Source: Burkholderiaceae bacterium
Lineage (GTDB): Bacteria; Pseudomonadota; Gammaproteobacteria; Burkholderiales; Burkholderiaceae_C
Reading direction: 5' to 3'
Length of the DNA stretch: 37,828 nucleotides
Assembly: GCA_041739435.1 (NCBI GenBank)
Contig: JBGSNW010000089.1
Coordinates: 1 to 37,828, forward strand
The translations under genes and the position numbers were made by a program. Every line of letters begins with the position of its first letter. Position 1 is the first letter of the stretch. Of the stretch, positions 1 to 9,068 are shown piece by piece. The notes under the pieces are model-generated. The model saw only the letters and a list, made by a program, of their open reading frames with translations, searched no databases and was not told the origin of the DNA.

Positions 1-382
1 CGTCACCGGCGCTACTGCCGCGACAACGAACGGCACCCCCACGGTCACGCCCGGCGTTGCAGAAACCGGCATCGCCAACCTGACCATCGCAACAGCGGAA
101 GACTCCGCGGCGGCCATCACCGCCATCGATTCGGCCCTGACTGCCGTCAACGGCGCCCGCGCCACACTGGGCGCCGTTCAAAGCCGGTTTGAAAGTGCCA
201 TTTCAAATATTCAGATTTCTGCCGAAAACACCACTGCGGCCCGGTCCCGGATCATGGACACCGACTTTGCCGCGGAAACCGCGGCCCTGTCGCGGGCCCA
301 GATCCTGCAGCAGGCAGGCAACGCCATGCTGACACAGGCCAATCAATTGCCGCAACAGGTTTTGGCCCTGTTGCAAAACTGA
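1..382 (+). CDS. fliC: flagellin, C-terminal part (5' end lies outside the window)
   Basis: The reading frame is open from the window edge (codons start at position 2). Its translation ends ...AIDSALTAVNGARATLGAVQSRFESAISNIQISAENTTAARSRIMDTDFAAETAALSRAQILQQAGNAMLTQANQLPQQVLALLQN, which is the conserved flagellin C-terminal D1/D0 helices. The TGA stop is at 380-382. Confidence 0.9.
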   Translation, partial: VTGATAATTNGTPTVTPGVAETGIANLTIATAEDSAAAITAIDSALTAVNGARATLGAVQSRFESAISNIQISAENTTAARSRIMDTDFAAETAALSRAQILQQAGNAMLTQANQLPQQVLALLQN

Positions 383-399
383 CGTAAAGGAAAACGACG

Positions 400-1806
400 A
401 TGATCAGCAGCACAGGGGTAGGGAGCGGCCTCGACGTCAACAACATCGTCACTTCCTTGATGGCCATTGAGCGGCGGCCGCTGCAGCTGCTGCAGCAGCG
501 CGCCAGCACGATCCAGACAAAAATCTCTGCCTTTGGTGCCCTGCAAAGCCAGATCTCCAACCTGGGCGATGTGGCCAACCGGTTGGCCGTGCCCAGCAAT
601 TTTTCGCAAACCACGGCCACCAGTTCGGTGCCCGCATCGGTTTCGGTCACCGCGGGCACCGGCGCGGCCACCGGCAATTTCAGCGTCAGCGTGAGTCAAC
701 TCGCACAGGCCCATTCACTGGCCAGCAATGCGTTCACGCCGTCGGACGAGGCCGATCTTGGTACTGGGAAAATTTCGATTTCCATCGGTGCGGAAGCGCC
801 CGTCGACATCACCATCACCGACGCCAACAAATCGCTGACCGGGGTGCGCGACGCCATCAACGCCGCGGGGGCCGGGGTGTCGGCCAGCATCGTGCGGGAC
901 AACAGCGGCGCACGTCTGGTGTTGCGCTCCACCGAAAGTGGCGCAGCCAGCGCCATCAAGGTCACGATAGCCGACAGTGCAGGCGATCCGGTACTCACCC
1001 CCACCGGGCTGGGCCGACTGGCCTATGACGCCACGCTGCCCGTCGGCAGTGGCCGCAACCTGGTGCAAACCCAGGCCGCGCAGGACGCCCTCTACAACAT
1101 CAACGGCCTGGACCTGACCAGCAGCAGCAACACCGTCACCACGGCAGTGGAAGGGTTGACACTGACACTCAAGGCCGAAACCACAAGCCCGGTCGATGTC
1201 GGTGTGACCGTGGATTCCGCCGCTTTGCGCAAGAACGTGACCGACTTTGTCAAGGCGTACAACGACCTGAACACGTTACTGCAGAACCAGACCCGCGCCG
1301 ACCCAACGGGCGCTGGCAATGGCGCGCTGCAGGGCGACTCCACCGCCGTCGGGCTGATCTCGCGCCTGCGCGGCACCCTGCAGGGCGCCGTGACCGGCCT
1401 GCAAGGCGCCAACAGCCTGAGCGCCGCAGGCCTGGAGTTGCAACGTGATGGTTCGCTCAAGATCAACGAAACGCGCCTGGCGCCCCTGCTGGCCGACCCC
1501 AAACAGCTTTCCGCGCTCTTCAGCAGCAAAGGGCAGGAAGGGGATGCCAGCACATCCGGTTTTGCCGTCCGTTTTGCCGCATTTGCCGCCACGCTGACCA
1601 GCACCACCACCGGTCTTTCCACGCGCACGGAAAGTCTGAAGCAATCGGTGAAGCTCAACCAGACCCAGCAAAACACCGCCGAAGACCGGCTGACACGGAT
1701 CGAAGCACGTCTGCGGGCCCAGTACCAGCGCCTGGATACCGAGATGACCCGATTGAACACCCAGGTGAGTTTCGTCACCGCCAACTTCGGCACGTCGAAC
1801 GGATAA
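400..1806 (+). CDS. fliD: flagellar filament capping protein FliD
   Basis: 468-aa ORF. The N-terminus MISSTGVGSGLDVNNIVTSLMAIERRPLQLLQQ...KISAFGALQSQISNL and the C-terminus ...RLRAQYQRLDTEMTRLN are typical FliD terminal helices. It lies directly after fliC. Confidence 0.95.
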   Translation: MISSTGVGSGLDVNNIVTSLMAIERRPLQLLQQRASTIQTKISAFGALQSQISNLGDVANRLAVPSNFSQTTATSSVPASVSVTAGTGAATGNFSVSVSQLAQAHSLASNAFTPSDEADLGTGKISISIGAEAPVDITITDANKSLTGVRDAINAAGAGVSASIVRDNSGARLVLRSTESGAASAIKVTIADSAGDPVLTPTGLGRLAYDATLPVGSGRNLVQTQAAQDALYNINGLDLTSSSNTVTTAVEGLTLTLKAETTSPVDVGVTVDSAALRKNVTDFVKAYNDLNTLLQNQTRADPTGAGNGALQGDSTAVGLISRLRGTLQGAVTGLQGANSLSAAGLELQRDGSLKINETRLAPLLADPKQLSALFSSKGQEGDASTSGFAVRFAAFAATLTSTTTGLSTRTESLKQSVKLNQTQQNTAEDRLTRIEARLRAQYQRLDTEMTRLNTQVSFVTANFGTSNG

Positions 1807-1886
1807 GACCAGTCCACAAATCGCCTTTGCGGCAACTCAAGCCGCCGCAGTCGAGGTCGATATTGGGGTGAGAGACTGGAAACATC

Positions 1887-2315
1887 ATGTTCGCAACCCA
1901 CATCCGCCCCACCGAAAGGTACCGTCAGGTCGACGTGGCCACATCGGTTTCGCAAGCCGATCCGCACCAGTTGATTCAACTGCTGTATGACGGCGCTATC
2001 GCTGCAATTCTTCAGGCCCAGCATGCCATTGCCACCCGGGATGTCGAAAGCAAGACAACCACGATCTCCAAGGCCATGCGCATCATCGACGAGGGCCTGA
2101 AAGCCTCGATCGAGCCCGGCAACAATCCGGCGCTGTCCGAGAACCTGCGCGGCCTGTACGACTACATGCTCAACCTCCTGTTGCGCGGCAACCTGAACAG
2201 TGACCCGGCCCCACTTTCCGAGGCACTCAAACTGTTGGGCGAGCTCCGCGGCGCATGGGCTGAAATTTCACCGGCGACCCGGAAATCGGATCGCCCCACT
2301 CACTTTCAGGCTTGA
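1887..2315 (+). CDS. fliS: flagellin-specific export chaperone FliS
   Basis: 142-aa ORF containing YRQVDVATSVSQADPHQLIQLLYDGAIAAI, the conserved FliS N-terminal motif. Position after fliD fits. Confidence 0.9.
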   Translation: MFATHIRPTERYRQVDVATSVSQADPHQLIQLLYDGAIAAILQAQHAIATRDVESKTTTISKAMRIIDEGLKASIEPGNNPALSENLRGLYDYMLNLLLRGNLNSDPAPLSEALKLLGELRGAWAEISPATRKSDRPTHFQA

Positions 2316-2324
2316 GGGATCGGC

Positions 2325-2648
2325 ATGACTCAGATGTTTGAACCTGAATCGCCTTTGCGGTACTACGAAACCCTGGAAGTGGCCAGTCAGGACATGCTGG
2401 AGGCGGCCCGTTCGGGCGACTGGGACCGCGTCGCGCGACTGGAAGCCTCGTGCACATTGGTTATCGCCAAGTTGCGACAGATCGCGCACGCCAACCAGCT
2501 GGGCGAAGCCGGACGTCAGAGCAAGCTTCGCATCCTGCGCAGCATCCTGGCCAACGACGCTGAAATCCGGCGTATTTCGGAAATTCTGACCCCAACCGTC
2601 GACTCCGCGCTTCAAATGGCGACCGCCTACAGCCGATCGGTTCACTGA
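2325..2648 (+). CDS. fliT: flagellar export chaperone/regulator FliT
   Basis: 107-aa helical ORF following fliS. Its WD..V..LE and KLRILRSILANDAEIR segments resemble enterobacterial FliT (recalled from memory). Size and position are typical. Confidence 0.7.
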   Translation: MTQMFEPESPLRYYETLEVASQDMLEAARSGDWDRVARLEASCTLVIAKLRQIAHANQLGEAGRQSKLRILRSILANDAEIRRISEILTPTVDSALQMATAYSRSVH

Positions 2649-2779
2649 TACGGCTTCGCCTTCCAACGTATAACGGGGTGGCTTCGCCTGGTTCCACGAT
2701 GGAACGTGAAACCGCATGACAGGATGATGCCCTCCCGGGTGGGCGCGCCAGTTGCCGGGCAAAACCTCCGCGCATTCAG

Positions 2780-2808
2780 TCCACCGCCATTTCGCGGTGG
2801 ATTTTTTT
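2780..2808 (+). terminator. Rho-independent terminator of the fliC/fliDST transcription unit
   Basis: Perfect 8-bp stem TCCACCGC (2780-2787) / GCGGTGGA (2794-2801) with a 6-nt loop, followed by a run of seven T (2802-2808). Confidence 0.75.
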
Positions 2809-2916
2809 CGTCAGCGTTTTGCCTACACGAGTTCGCGCTGTCGGCCTACGCATCAATAACTTTAGTCTGGAACAAAAGCTCCGAAAGACTGTTTATCAGG
2901 TTTAAGGAGCCCATTC

Positions 2917-3246
2917 ATGATCGCCTATCTCACCTCGGCTTTCCACAGCCTGCTTTGCGTGCTGGGTTTGGCGCAACCTCGGCACCAATTCTCGCTGGAC
3001 GAACTCAAGTCCATGTTCTTGGACCCGATCAAGGATGCGCAAGATCACCGTTGCCGCGCATTTCGCTTCGTTGTGGACGCTGCGCAGACGGCCGATGATC
3101 TGTGGCACCTCCGCAGCAGAGCCTATCTCCGCGTGTCCGAGCACGCCGGGCAAATCGAGGCTCAGCGGTTTCTTCGAAAAGTGGACGCGGCGCTGTCAGA
3201 CTGGTTGCCGCGCGCCAGATTTCTTCGGCCCGTCCTGGCAGGGTGA
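2917..3246 (+). CDS. hypothetical protein (109 aa), orphan ORF between fliT and fliE
   Basis: An ATG is preceded by a strong RBS (AAGGAG about 8 nt upstream). Codon third positions are GC-biased like the neighbouring genes. I recognise no family. Confidence 0.5.
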   Translation: MIAYLTSAFHSLLCVLGLAQPRHQFSLDELKSMFLDPIKDAQDHRCRAFRFVVDAAQTADDLWHLRSRAYLRVSEHAGQIEAQRFLRKVDAALSDWLPRARFLRPVLAG

Positions 3247-3252
3247 GTTTCG

Positions 3253-3573
3253 TCAAACCTGCATGTTCATGATTTCGGTGTAGGCCGAAACCATGCGATT
3301 GCGGACATTCAATGCCGACTGGAAGGCGATCTGCGATTTCTGCATCGCAATCATGGTCTCTTCCAGGCTCGCGGATTCTGGGTTCAGTTGAAAGTCGCGC
3401 GTCATTTTCATGGCGTCGTCCTGAGTTTTGCTCACCGCTCGCAACGCCTGGTCAAACGCCGACCCAAAGGACGCTTTGTCAACAGGCGATTTTCCGGACG
3501 CCGCGCCTGCCCCACTTTTGCGCAGGGCATCGAGTAAAGGGCTGGCAAAGGTCGTGGCGGTGTTGATGTTCAT
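3253..3573 (-). CDS. fliE: flagellar hook-basal body complex protein FliE
   Basis: 106-aa ORF. The C-terminus ...LEETMIAMQKSQIAFQSALNVRNRMVSAYTEIMNMQV is the conserved FliE signature. A GGAG RBS lies upstream and the gene is divergent from fliF. Confidence 0.9.
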   Translation of the reverse strand: MNINTATTFASPLLDALRKSGAGAASGKSPVDKASFGSAFDQALRAVSKTQDDAMKMTRDFQLNPESASLEETMIAMQKSQIAFQSALNVRNRMVSAYTEIMNMQV

Positions 3574-3587
3574 GCGTCGGCTCCGGA

Positions 3588-3602
3588 TGGCAAAACTTTA
3601 GC
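3588..3602 (+). promoter_or_regulatory. candidate sigma-54 (-24/-12) promoter upstream of fliF
   Basis: TGGCAAAACTTTAGC compared with the consensus TGGCACG-N4-TTGC. GG and GC have the correct 12-nt spacing and the TGGCA core is present. No cognate enhancer-binding protein gene is in the window, and the same bases read as a sigma-28 -35 box on the other strand. Confidence 0.25.
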
Positions 3603-3664
3603 CTCAACGCAACGCGGCATCGTTCGAAAAAGACTGGTGAAGTGCCCGCATATCCCGCTCAAGT

Positions 3665-5431
3665 GTGCTGACGATTGAACGAACAATGGACCCCATTCAC
3701 AGGGAATCGAATGTTCTGATTGAATCCATGGCCAACGAGATCGCACCTCCCTCCCCGTCAGGCTCCTCTTCGTCCCATCCCGGCGTCGTTCAAACGGTTT
3801 CCGGCATCTCGGCGCTGCCCACCCGCAGCAAGCTGATGCTGGGCGCCGGTGCGGCCATGCTGTTGGCGGTTCTGGTGGCAACCGTCATCGGCAGTCGCCA
3901 GCCTGACTGGCGGGTTCTTTACGCCAATCTCAGTGACCGCGACGGTGGCGCGGTCATCGCCGCCCTGACGCAGCTCAACGTTCCGCACAAATTCACCGAC
4001 GGTGGCGGGGCCATCATGGTCCCCGCGGACAAGGTCCACGATGCGCGTCTGAAGCTTGCGACACAGGGCTTGCCCAAGGGTGGTGCCGTAGGTTTCGAGT
4101 TGATGGAATCGCAAAAATTCGGCGTCACGCAGTTTCAGGAGCGTTTGAACTTCCAGCGTGGACTTGAAGGTGAACTGGCACGCTCGATCATGGCCATGCC
4201 CTCGGTTGAATCGGCTCGTGTTCATCTGGCGTTGCCCAATCAGACCGCATTCCTTCGAGAACAGCAAAAGCCGTCAGCATCTGTCCTGATAAGCCTGCGC
4301 GGGAGCCGCACACTGGACCGGACCCAAATCGCGGGAATCGTGCACCTGGTGGCGTCCAGCGTGCCAGAACTCCATCCTCGGGCAGTCAGTGTCGTCGATC
4401 AAACCGGCACATTGCTGTCTCAGCCCCCTGGTGAGGCCCCCAACGGGCTGGATGCGTCGCAGCTTCAGTATGTGAGGCAGATCGAACAGAATCTGGCATC
4501 ACGCGTGTTGGCCATTCTCGAACCCCTTGTTGGCGCCGAGAATGTTCGAGCCCAGATCACTGCCGACGTGGACTTTACACAAAGCGAGTCCACGGCGGAG
4601 ATCTACAAACCCAATCAAGGTGAAGCGGCCGCCGCCATCCGGAGTCAGCAGGTATCGGAGGGGCAGTCCGGGAGCAGCACCACTGGCGGTGTCCCGGGAA
4701 CCCTGTCCAACCAGCCTCCCGGCAACGCCACGGCTCCCATCAACGGCGCCTCACAGGCCCTGAGCGCGGGTGGCAACGCCGCTGGCAACATCAGCGGGCG
4801 GCGGGATGCCACCACCAATTACGAAGTCGACAAGACCGTTCGTGTTGTACGCAGTGCCAGCGGAATCGTCCGACGCCTTAACGCCGCGGTGGTCGTCAAC
4901 CACGTCAGCACCACGGCCTCCAATGGGAAAGTCACAACAACACCCATTCCGCCCACACAACTGGAACAGATCAACGCGCTCGTGCGTGAAGCCATTGGAT
5001 TCAGCAAGGATCGCGGTGACTCTCTGAACGTGGTCAATGCACCGTTCAATGTGCCCGTCATACCACCAGAGACACCCGTCCCTTTGTGGAAGCAGCCTGA
5101 GACCGTGGATTTGATCCGCAGCGCGCTTCAGTGGCTGGGCCTGCCGATCGTGGCCATGATCATCCTCCTCGGGCTTGTGCGCCCGGCGTTACGGGCTTCG
5201 CGCAAGCCGGTTGCCGTGGCCCAGGGCCCCGGCATTCTTGCCACGGTACAGGACGCACTTTCACTTCCAACCCCGAACGGCGGCACGGCCCTCACGCCGG
5301 TGGAGTTGACTCCCGTCGAAATGGCCCAACAGGCCCGCTCACTCCAGCTGGCAGAGGTTCGCAAACTGGCCAAGTCCGACCCCGCGACCGTTGCCAACGT
5401 GGTCCGCACGTGGGTGACCCACACCAGCTGA
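3665..5431 (+). CDS. fliF: flagellar M-ring protein FliF
   Basis: 588-aa ORF from a GTG start. An N-terminal TM segment is followed by DWRVLYANLSDRDGGAVIAALTQLNVPHKF and the YscJ/FliF ring-building region, with a C-terminal TM. The true start may be ATG 3686 or 3728. Confidence 0.9.
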   Translation: MLTIERTMDPIHRESNVLIESMANEIAPPSPSGSSSSHPGVVQTVSGISALPTRSKLMLGAGAAMLLAVLVATVIGSRQPDWRVLYANLSDRDGGAVIAALTQLNVPHKFTDGGGAIMVPADKVHDARLKLATQGLPKGGAVGFELMESQKFGVTQFQERLNFQRGLEGELARSIMAMPSVESARVHLALPNQTAFLREQQKPSASVLISLRGSRTLDRTQIAGIVHLVASSVPELHPRAVSVVDQTGTLLSQPPGEAPNGLDASQLQYVRQIEQNLASRVLAILEPLVGAENVRAQITADVDFTQSESTAEIYKPNQGEAAAAIRSQQVSEGQSGSSTTGGVPGTLSNQPPGNATAPINGASQALSAGGNAAGNISGRRDATTNYEVDKTVRVVRSASGIVRRLNAAVVVNHVSTTASNGKVTTTPIPPTQLEQINALVREAIGFSKDRGDSLNVVNAPFNVPVIPPETPVPLWKQPETVDLIRSALQWLGLPIVAMIILLGLVRPALRASRKPVAVAQGPGILATVQDALSLPTPNGGTALTPVELTPVEMAQQARSLQLAEVRKLAKSDPATVANVVRTWVTHTS

Positions 5432-5452
5432 CGTTTTCAGGAACCCGCAACC

Positions 5453-6469
5453 ATGTCGAACGGCTCCAACAATCCCGAAGACGACGGCGTCCAGGCCGGT
5501 GCCATTCTTTTGATGGCCATCGGTGAAGAGAACGCCGCCGAGGTTTTCAAGCACCTGGGTCCGAAGGAGGTGCAGCGCATCGGGGAGCGAATGGCCAAGC
5601 TCACCACCGTCAGCGACGAACTTTTTGACAGCGTACTCACCCGATTTGGAGGATCGGTCGAGAGCCAGCGCTCACTCGTGGGAGACACCGGCGCATACGT
5701 CAGCAGCGTGCTCAAGCGCGCGTTGGGTGACGACAAGGCGTCGCTGCTGATCGACCGGATTCTTCAGGGGCGGGATGTCAGTGGCATCGAAAGCCTGAAA
5801 TGGATGGACGCGCCGTCAATCGCCGAACTGATACGCAACGAACATCCGCAGATCATTGCCTCGATTCTGGTGCATCTGGACCGCGATCAGGCATCTGGCG
5901 TGTTGGCCAATCTGACCGACCGGGTACGCAATGACGTTGTACTCAGAATTGCACGACTGGACGGAATTCAGCCCAACGCCTTGAAGGAACTGAATGAAGT
6001 TCTCTCGCAGGTCCTGGCCGGTGGCGACCGCATCAAGAAGGCGGCCCTGGGTGGCCCCAAAACCGCTGCCGAGATCCTCAACTACCTGGGCTCATCCAAC
6101 GAGACCGCGGTTCTCGACGCCATTCGAGAAGGTGATTCGGATCTTGCGCAGAAGATCGAAGAGCAGATGTTCACGTTTGATGATCTTCTCAAACTCGACA
6201 ACAAGGCTCTGCAGCTGGTTCTCAAGGAAGTGGCCGCGGATTCCCTGGTTGTCGCACTCAAGGGCGCCGCGCCGGAAATGCGCGAGAAAGTCTTTACCAA
6301 CATGAGCTCACGCGCCGCCGAAGCCCTGAAGGAAGATCTGGAATCCCGAGGCCCGGTACGGGTTTCCGAGGTTGAGGGCGAGCAAAAGGAAATTCTGAAA
6401 ATTGTTCGACGTCTGGCCGACGAGGGACAGATTGTCCTGGGTGGCGGCAGCGAAGAAAGCTTCGTCTGA
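5453..6469 (+). CDS. fliG: flagellar motor switch protein FliG
   Basis: 338-aa ORF with AILLMAIGEENAAEVFKHLGPKEVQRI and the C-terminal ...MSSRAAEALKEDLESRGPVRVSEVEGEQKEILKIVRRLADEG, both typical of FliG. Confidence 0.95.
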   Translation: MSNGSNNPEDDGVQAGAILLMAIGEENAAEVFKHLGPKEVQRIGERMAKLTTVSDELFDSVLTRFGGSVESQRSLVGDTGAYVSSVLKRALGDDKASLLIDRILQGRDVSGIESLKWMDAPSIAELIRNEHPQIIASILVHLDRDQASGVLANLTDRVRNDVVLRIARLDGIQPNALKELNEVLSQVLAGGDRIKKAALGGPKTAAEILNYLGSSNETAVLDAIREGDSDLAQKIEEQMFTFDDLLKLDNKALQLVLKEVAADSLVVALKGAAPEMREKVFTNMSSRAAEALKEDLESRGPVRVSEVEGEQKEILKIVRRLADEGQIVLGGGSEESFV

Positions 6470-6485
6470 AGCACTGAATTGCACC

Positions 6486-7154
6486 ATGAGCCGCATTACC
6501 TCAGGCGAAACAATCACCAGCGTGATGGGGATTGCCCTAACCGATCTCCTCCAAACCGACATGGGTACAGATCGCCCTGCACTATCGAGCCGGGACCTGG
6601 AGAATCCAACCGCACGGGCCGCATTTGAACTGGGGCGCCAGAAGGGCTTTGCCAAGGGCGTTCAACAGGGACATGAGCAGGGTTATATTGAAGGCTCACG
6701 TGCCTTTGAAGATTTTCGATCACGCGAAATCGCGGACGCAGCCCAGCATCTGAATCGACTGGTGTCCGCCTTCCGTGAAGAGTTGACATCATTTGAATCC
6801 CAGCTCGCGAGCGATCTGGTGTCATTGGCGATCGACATTGCCCGGCAAGTCCTGCGGGATGAACTGCAACGTCGCCCCGATGCACTCATCCCGGCAGCGC
6901 GCGAGGCGCTCCGGGCCCTGGGCGAAGGGGCATCGCGCCTGGAGTTTCATGTCAACCCGGTCGATGCAGCCGCGCTGCGGGAACACCTGCAAGCACAGGC
7001 GCCACAAGCCGGTTGGCATCTGACTCCCGACCCGGCCATCTCAGCCGGAGGTTGTCGCCTGGAAGCCGACACCGGCGTCGCTGACGCCACATTTGAGACT
7101 CGCTGGCAGGCCGTCATGGCGAGTCTGGGACGCGATGAGGAGCCCTTGCCATGA
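6486..7154 (+). CDS. fliH: flagellar assembly protein FliH
   Basis: The ORF track opens at 6402 inside fliG. The first in-frame ATG after the fliG stop is 6486 (MSRITSGE...). The FliH-like C-terminal region includes [15 protein letters not shown]...[20 protein letters not shown]. Its stop overlaps the fliI ATG as ATGA. Confidence 0.85.
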   Translation: MSRITSGETITSVMGIALTDLLQTDMGTDRPALSSRDLENPTARAAFELGRQKGFAKGVQQGHEQGYIEGSRAFEDFRSREIADAAQHLNRLVSAFREELTSFESQLASDLVSLAIDIARQVLRDELQRRPDALIPAAREALRALGEGASRLEFHVNPVDAAALREHLQAQAPQAGWHLTPDPAISAGGCRLEADTGVADATFETRWQAVMASLGRDEEPLP

Positions 7155-8626
7155 GCCTCGATCCCTCTTTGCCGCCGGGCAAACCCAGGCGTGGCCTCCG
7201 AGACGGATCTCCTCGCGACATGACGGCCCAACTCGCGACCCATCTCGCTGCGCACAACCGGTTGCTGCAGACCTCTCAACCCATCGTGGTGAGCGGAAGA
7301 CTCACGCGGATATCGGGTCTGGTCATGGAAGCAACGGGACTGGGTCTTCCGGTCGGGAGCGTATGCACGGTACGCGATGGGGCCAGAATCACCGAAGCCG
7401 AAGTCGTGGGTTTTTCCAAAGGGCGCCAGTATTTGATGCCAACAGGCGATCTGAACGGCCTTTCGCCGGGCGCTCAGGTTGAGCCCGTCCGTTACCCGTT
7501 TGAGGGGATTCACTACGGCCGAGCCGCCAGCGCAGAGCCTGCCAGCGATACACGGACGCGCCGTTTGCCGATGGGTACTTCCATGCTGGGTCGTGTGGTG
7601 GACCCGGCCGGACAGCCCCTGGACCGAAAAGGCCCGATTTTTGGAACCAAGGCCGAATCCATCGTCAGAGAGCCGATCAACGCCATGGACCGCGAACCAG
7701 TGCGCATTCCGCTGGATGTTGGTGTGCGCGCGATCAACTCCATGCTGACCGTGGGTCGCGGTCAGCGCCTTGGACTGTTCGCCGGTTCGGGAGTGGGGAA
7801 GAGTGTATTGCTGGGCATGATGGCGAAGTACACCAGCGCCGACGTGATCGTTGTGGGGCTGATCGGGGAGCGCGGACGGGAAGTCAAGGAGTTTGTCGAG
7901 GACATCCTGGGCGACGAGGGGCGAAAACGAGCGGTCGTCGTGGCGGCACCTGCCGATTTGCCCCCACTCATGCGCATGCAAGGCGCATCGTATGCCACAG
8001 CGCTGGCAGAGCACTTCCGAGACCGGGGCCAGCATGTGCTGCTGCTGATGGATTCGCTGACACGTTATGCCATGGCTCACCGCGAGATGGCTCTGGCCAT
8101 TGGAGAGCCTCCGGCAACCAAGGGATACCCTCCGTCCGTTTTTGCACGACTCCCACAGCTCGTCGAACGCGCGGGCAACGGAGTACACGGCGGTGGCTCG
8201 ATCACGGCTTTCTATACCGTGCTGGCAGAAGGCGACGATCAGCAAGACCCCATCGCCGACAACGCCCGTGCCATTCTTGACGGTCATTTTGTGCTCACGC
8301 GCGCATTGGCCGAACAGGGGCACTATCCGGCCATCGACATTGAACAATCCATCTCCCGTGTCATGCAAAACGTGGTGGAGCCCCGGCACATCCAACTGGC
8401 CCGCAAGCTGAAAAATGTGTATTCACGTTACCAGCGCAACCACGATTTGATTGCTGTAGGCGCCTACGTTCCGGGGTCGGATCGTCTGACAGACCAGGCC
8501 ATTGCCCTCTATCCCCAGGTTGCCGCGTTTCTCCAGCAGGACATGCATCAACGCGCCGGACTGCGCCACAGTGTCGACGAAATGGCAAAACTTCTTCAAC
8601 CCGTTCTGACCAACGACCATGAATAA
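7151..8626 (+). CDS. fliI: flagellum-specific ATP synthase FliI
   Basis: Walker [14 protein letters not shown], Walker [14 protein letters not shown], and overall F1/T3SS-ATPase similarity. An alternative start is ATG 7220. Confidence 0.95.
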   Translation: MSLDPSLPPGKPRRGLRDGSPRDMTAQLATHLAAHNRLLQTSQPIVVSGRLTRISGLVMEATGLGLPVGSVCTVRDGARITEAEVVGFSKGRQYLMPTGDLNGLSPGAQVEPVRYPFEGIHYGRAASAEPASDTRTRRLPMGTSMLGRVVDPAGQPLDRKGPIFGTKAESIVREPINAMDREPVRIPLDVGVRAINSMLTVGRGQRLGLFAGSGVGKSVLLGMMAKYTSADVIVVGLIGERGREVKEFVEDILGDEGRKRAVVVAAPADLPPLMRMQGASYATALAEHFRDRGQHVLLLMDSLTRYAMAHREMALAIGEPPATKGYPPSVFARLPQLVERAGNGVHGGGSITAFYTVLAEGDDQQDPIADNARAILDGHFVLTRALAEQGHYPAIDIEQSISRVMQNVVEPRHIQLARKLKNVYSRYQRNHDLIAVGAYVPGSDRLTDQAIALYPQVAAFLQQDMHQRAGLRHSVDEMAKLLQPVLTNDHE

Positions 8627-9068
8627 TTCCTTTCAATTCCTCGTGGACAACGCTCGCGCTGCGCGCGACACCGCGGCACTCGCAAAAGAAACCGCCCATG
8701 GACTGGTTCGGGATTGTCAGGCCACGTTGAATCAGCTCACAAATTACCGTTCCGAATACCTCGCCAATGCGCCCACATCGCGTAGCGAAGCCGTGACGGC
8801 AGATGTGCTCGCTCAATTTCATGGATTTGTCGCTCGTCTGGAAGACGCGATTCATGTTCAGCAGACAGAGCTGTCCAAGAGAAAGGCGTTCGCGGCCTCC
8901 GCCAGTCAGCGCCTGATCGCGCACCAGAAGCGACTTCTCTCCATGGAGGCGCTGGTCGCCCGGCAAAATGCGGCGCACCGGGCCAAGGCAGCGCTTCAGG
9001 AGCAGCGCGCGAGCGATGAATTCGCCGCACGAGTTGGCTTTCGCATGACCGCGGGAGACGCCGCATGA
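8619..9068 (+). CDS. fliJ: flagellar export protein FliJ
   Basis: 149-aa coiled-coil ORF overlapping the fliI 3' end. It carries the [10 protein letters not shown] motif typical of FliJ, and its position between fliI and fliK fits. Confidence 0.8.
   Translation: MNNSFQFLVDNARAARDTAALAKETAHGLVRDCQATLNQLTNYRSEYLANAPTSRSEAVTADVLAQFHGFVARLEDAIHVQQTELSKRKAFAASASQRLIAHQKRLLSMEALVARQNAAHRAKAALQEQRASDEFAARVGFRMTAGDAA

Noticed and set aside
6947-8395. 482-aa minus-strand ORF opposite fliI. Similar long antisense ORFs occur at 17339-18604, 19866-21308, 19981-20943 and 35455-36738.
   Set aside because: All lie opposite genes with unambiguous conserved motifs (FliI, MCP, CheA, TPR protein) and show the antisense composition bias. 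There are no RBS or start-context arguments in their favour.
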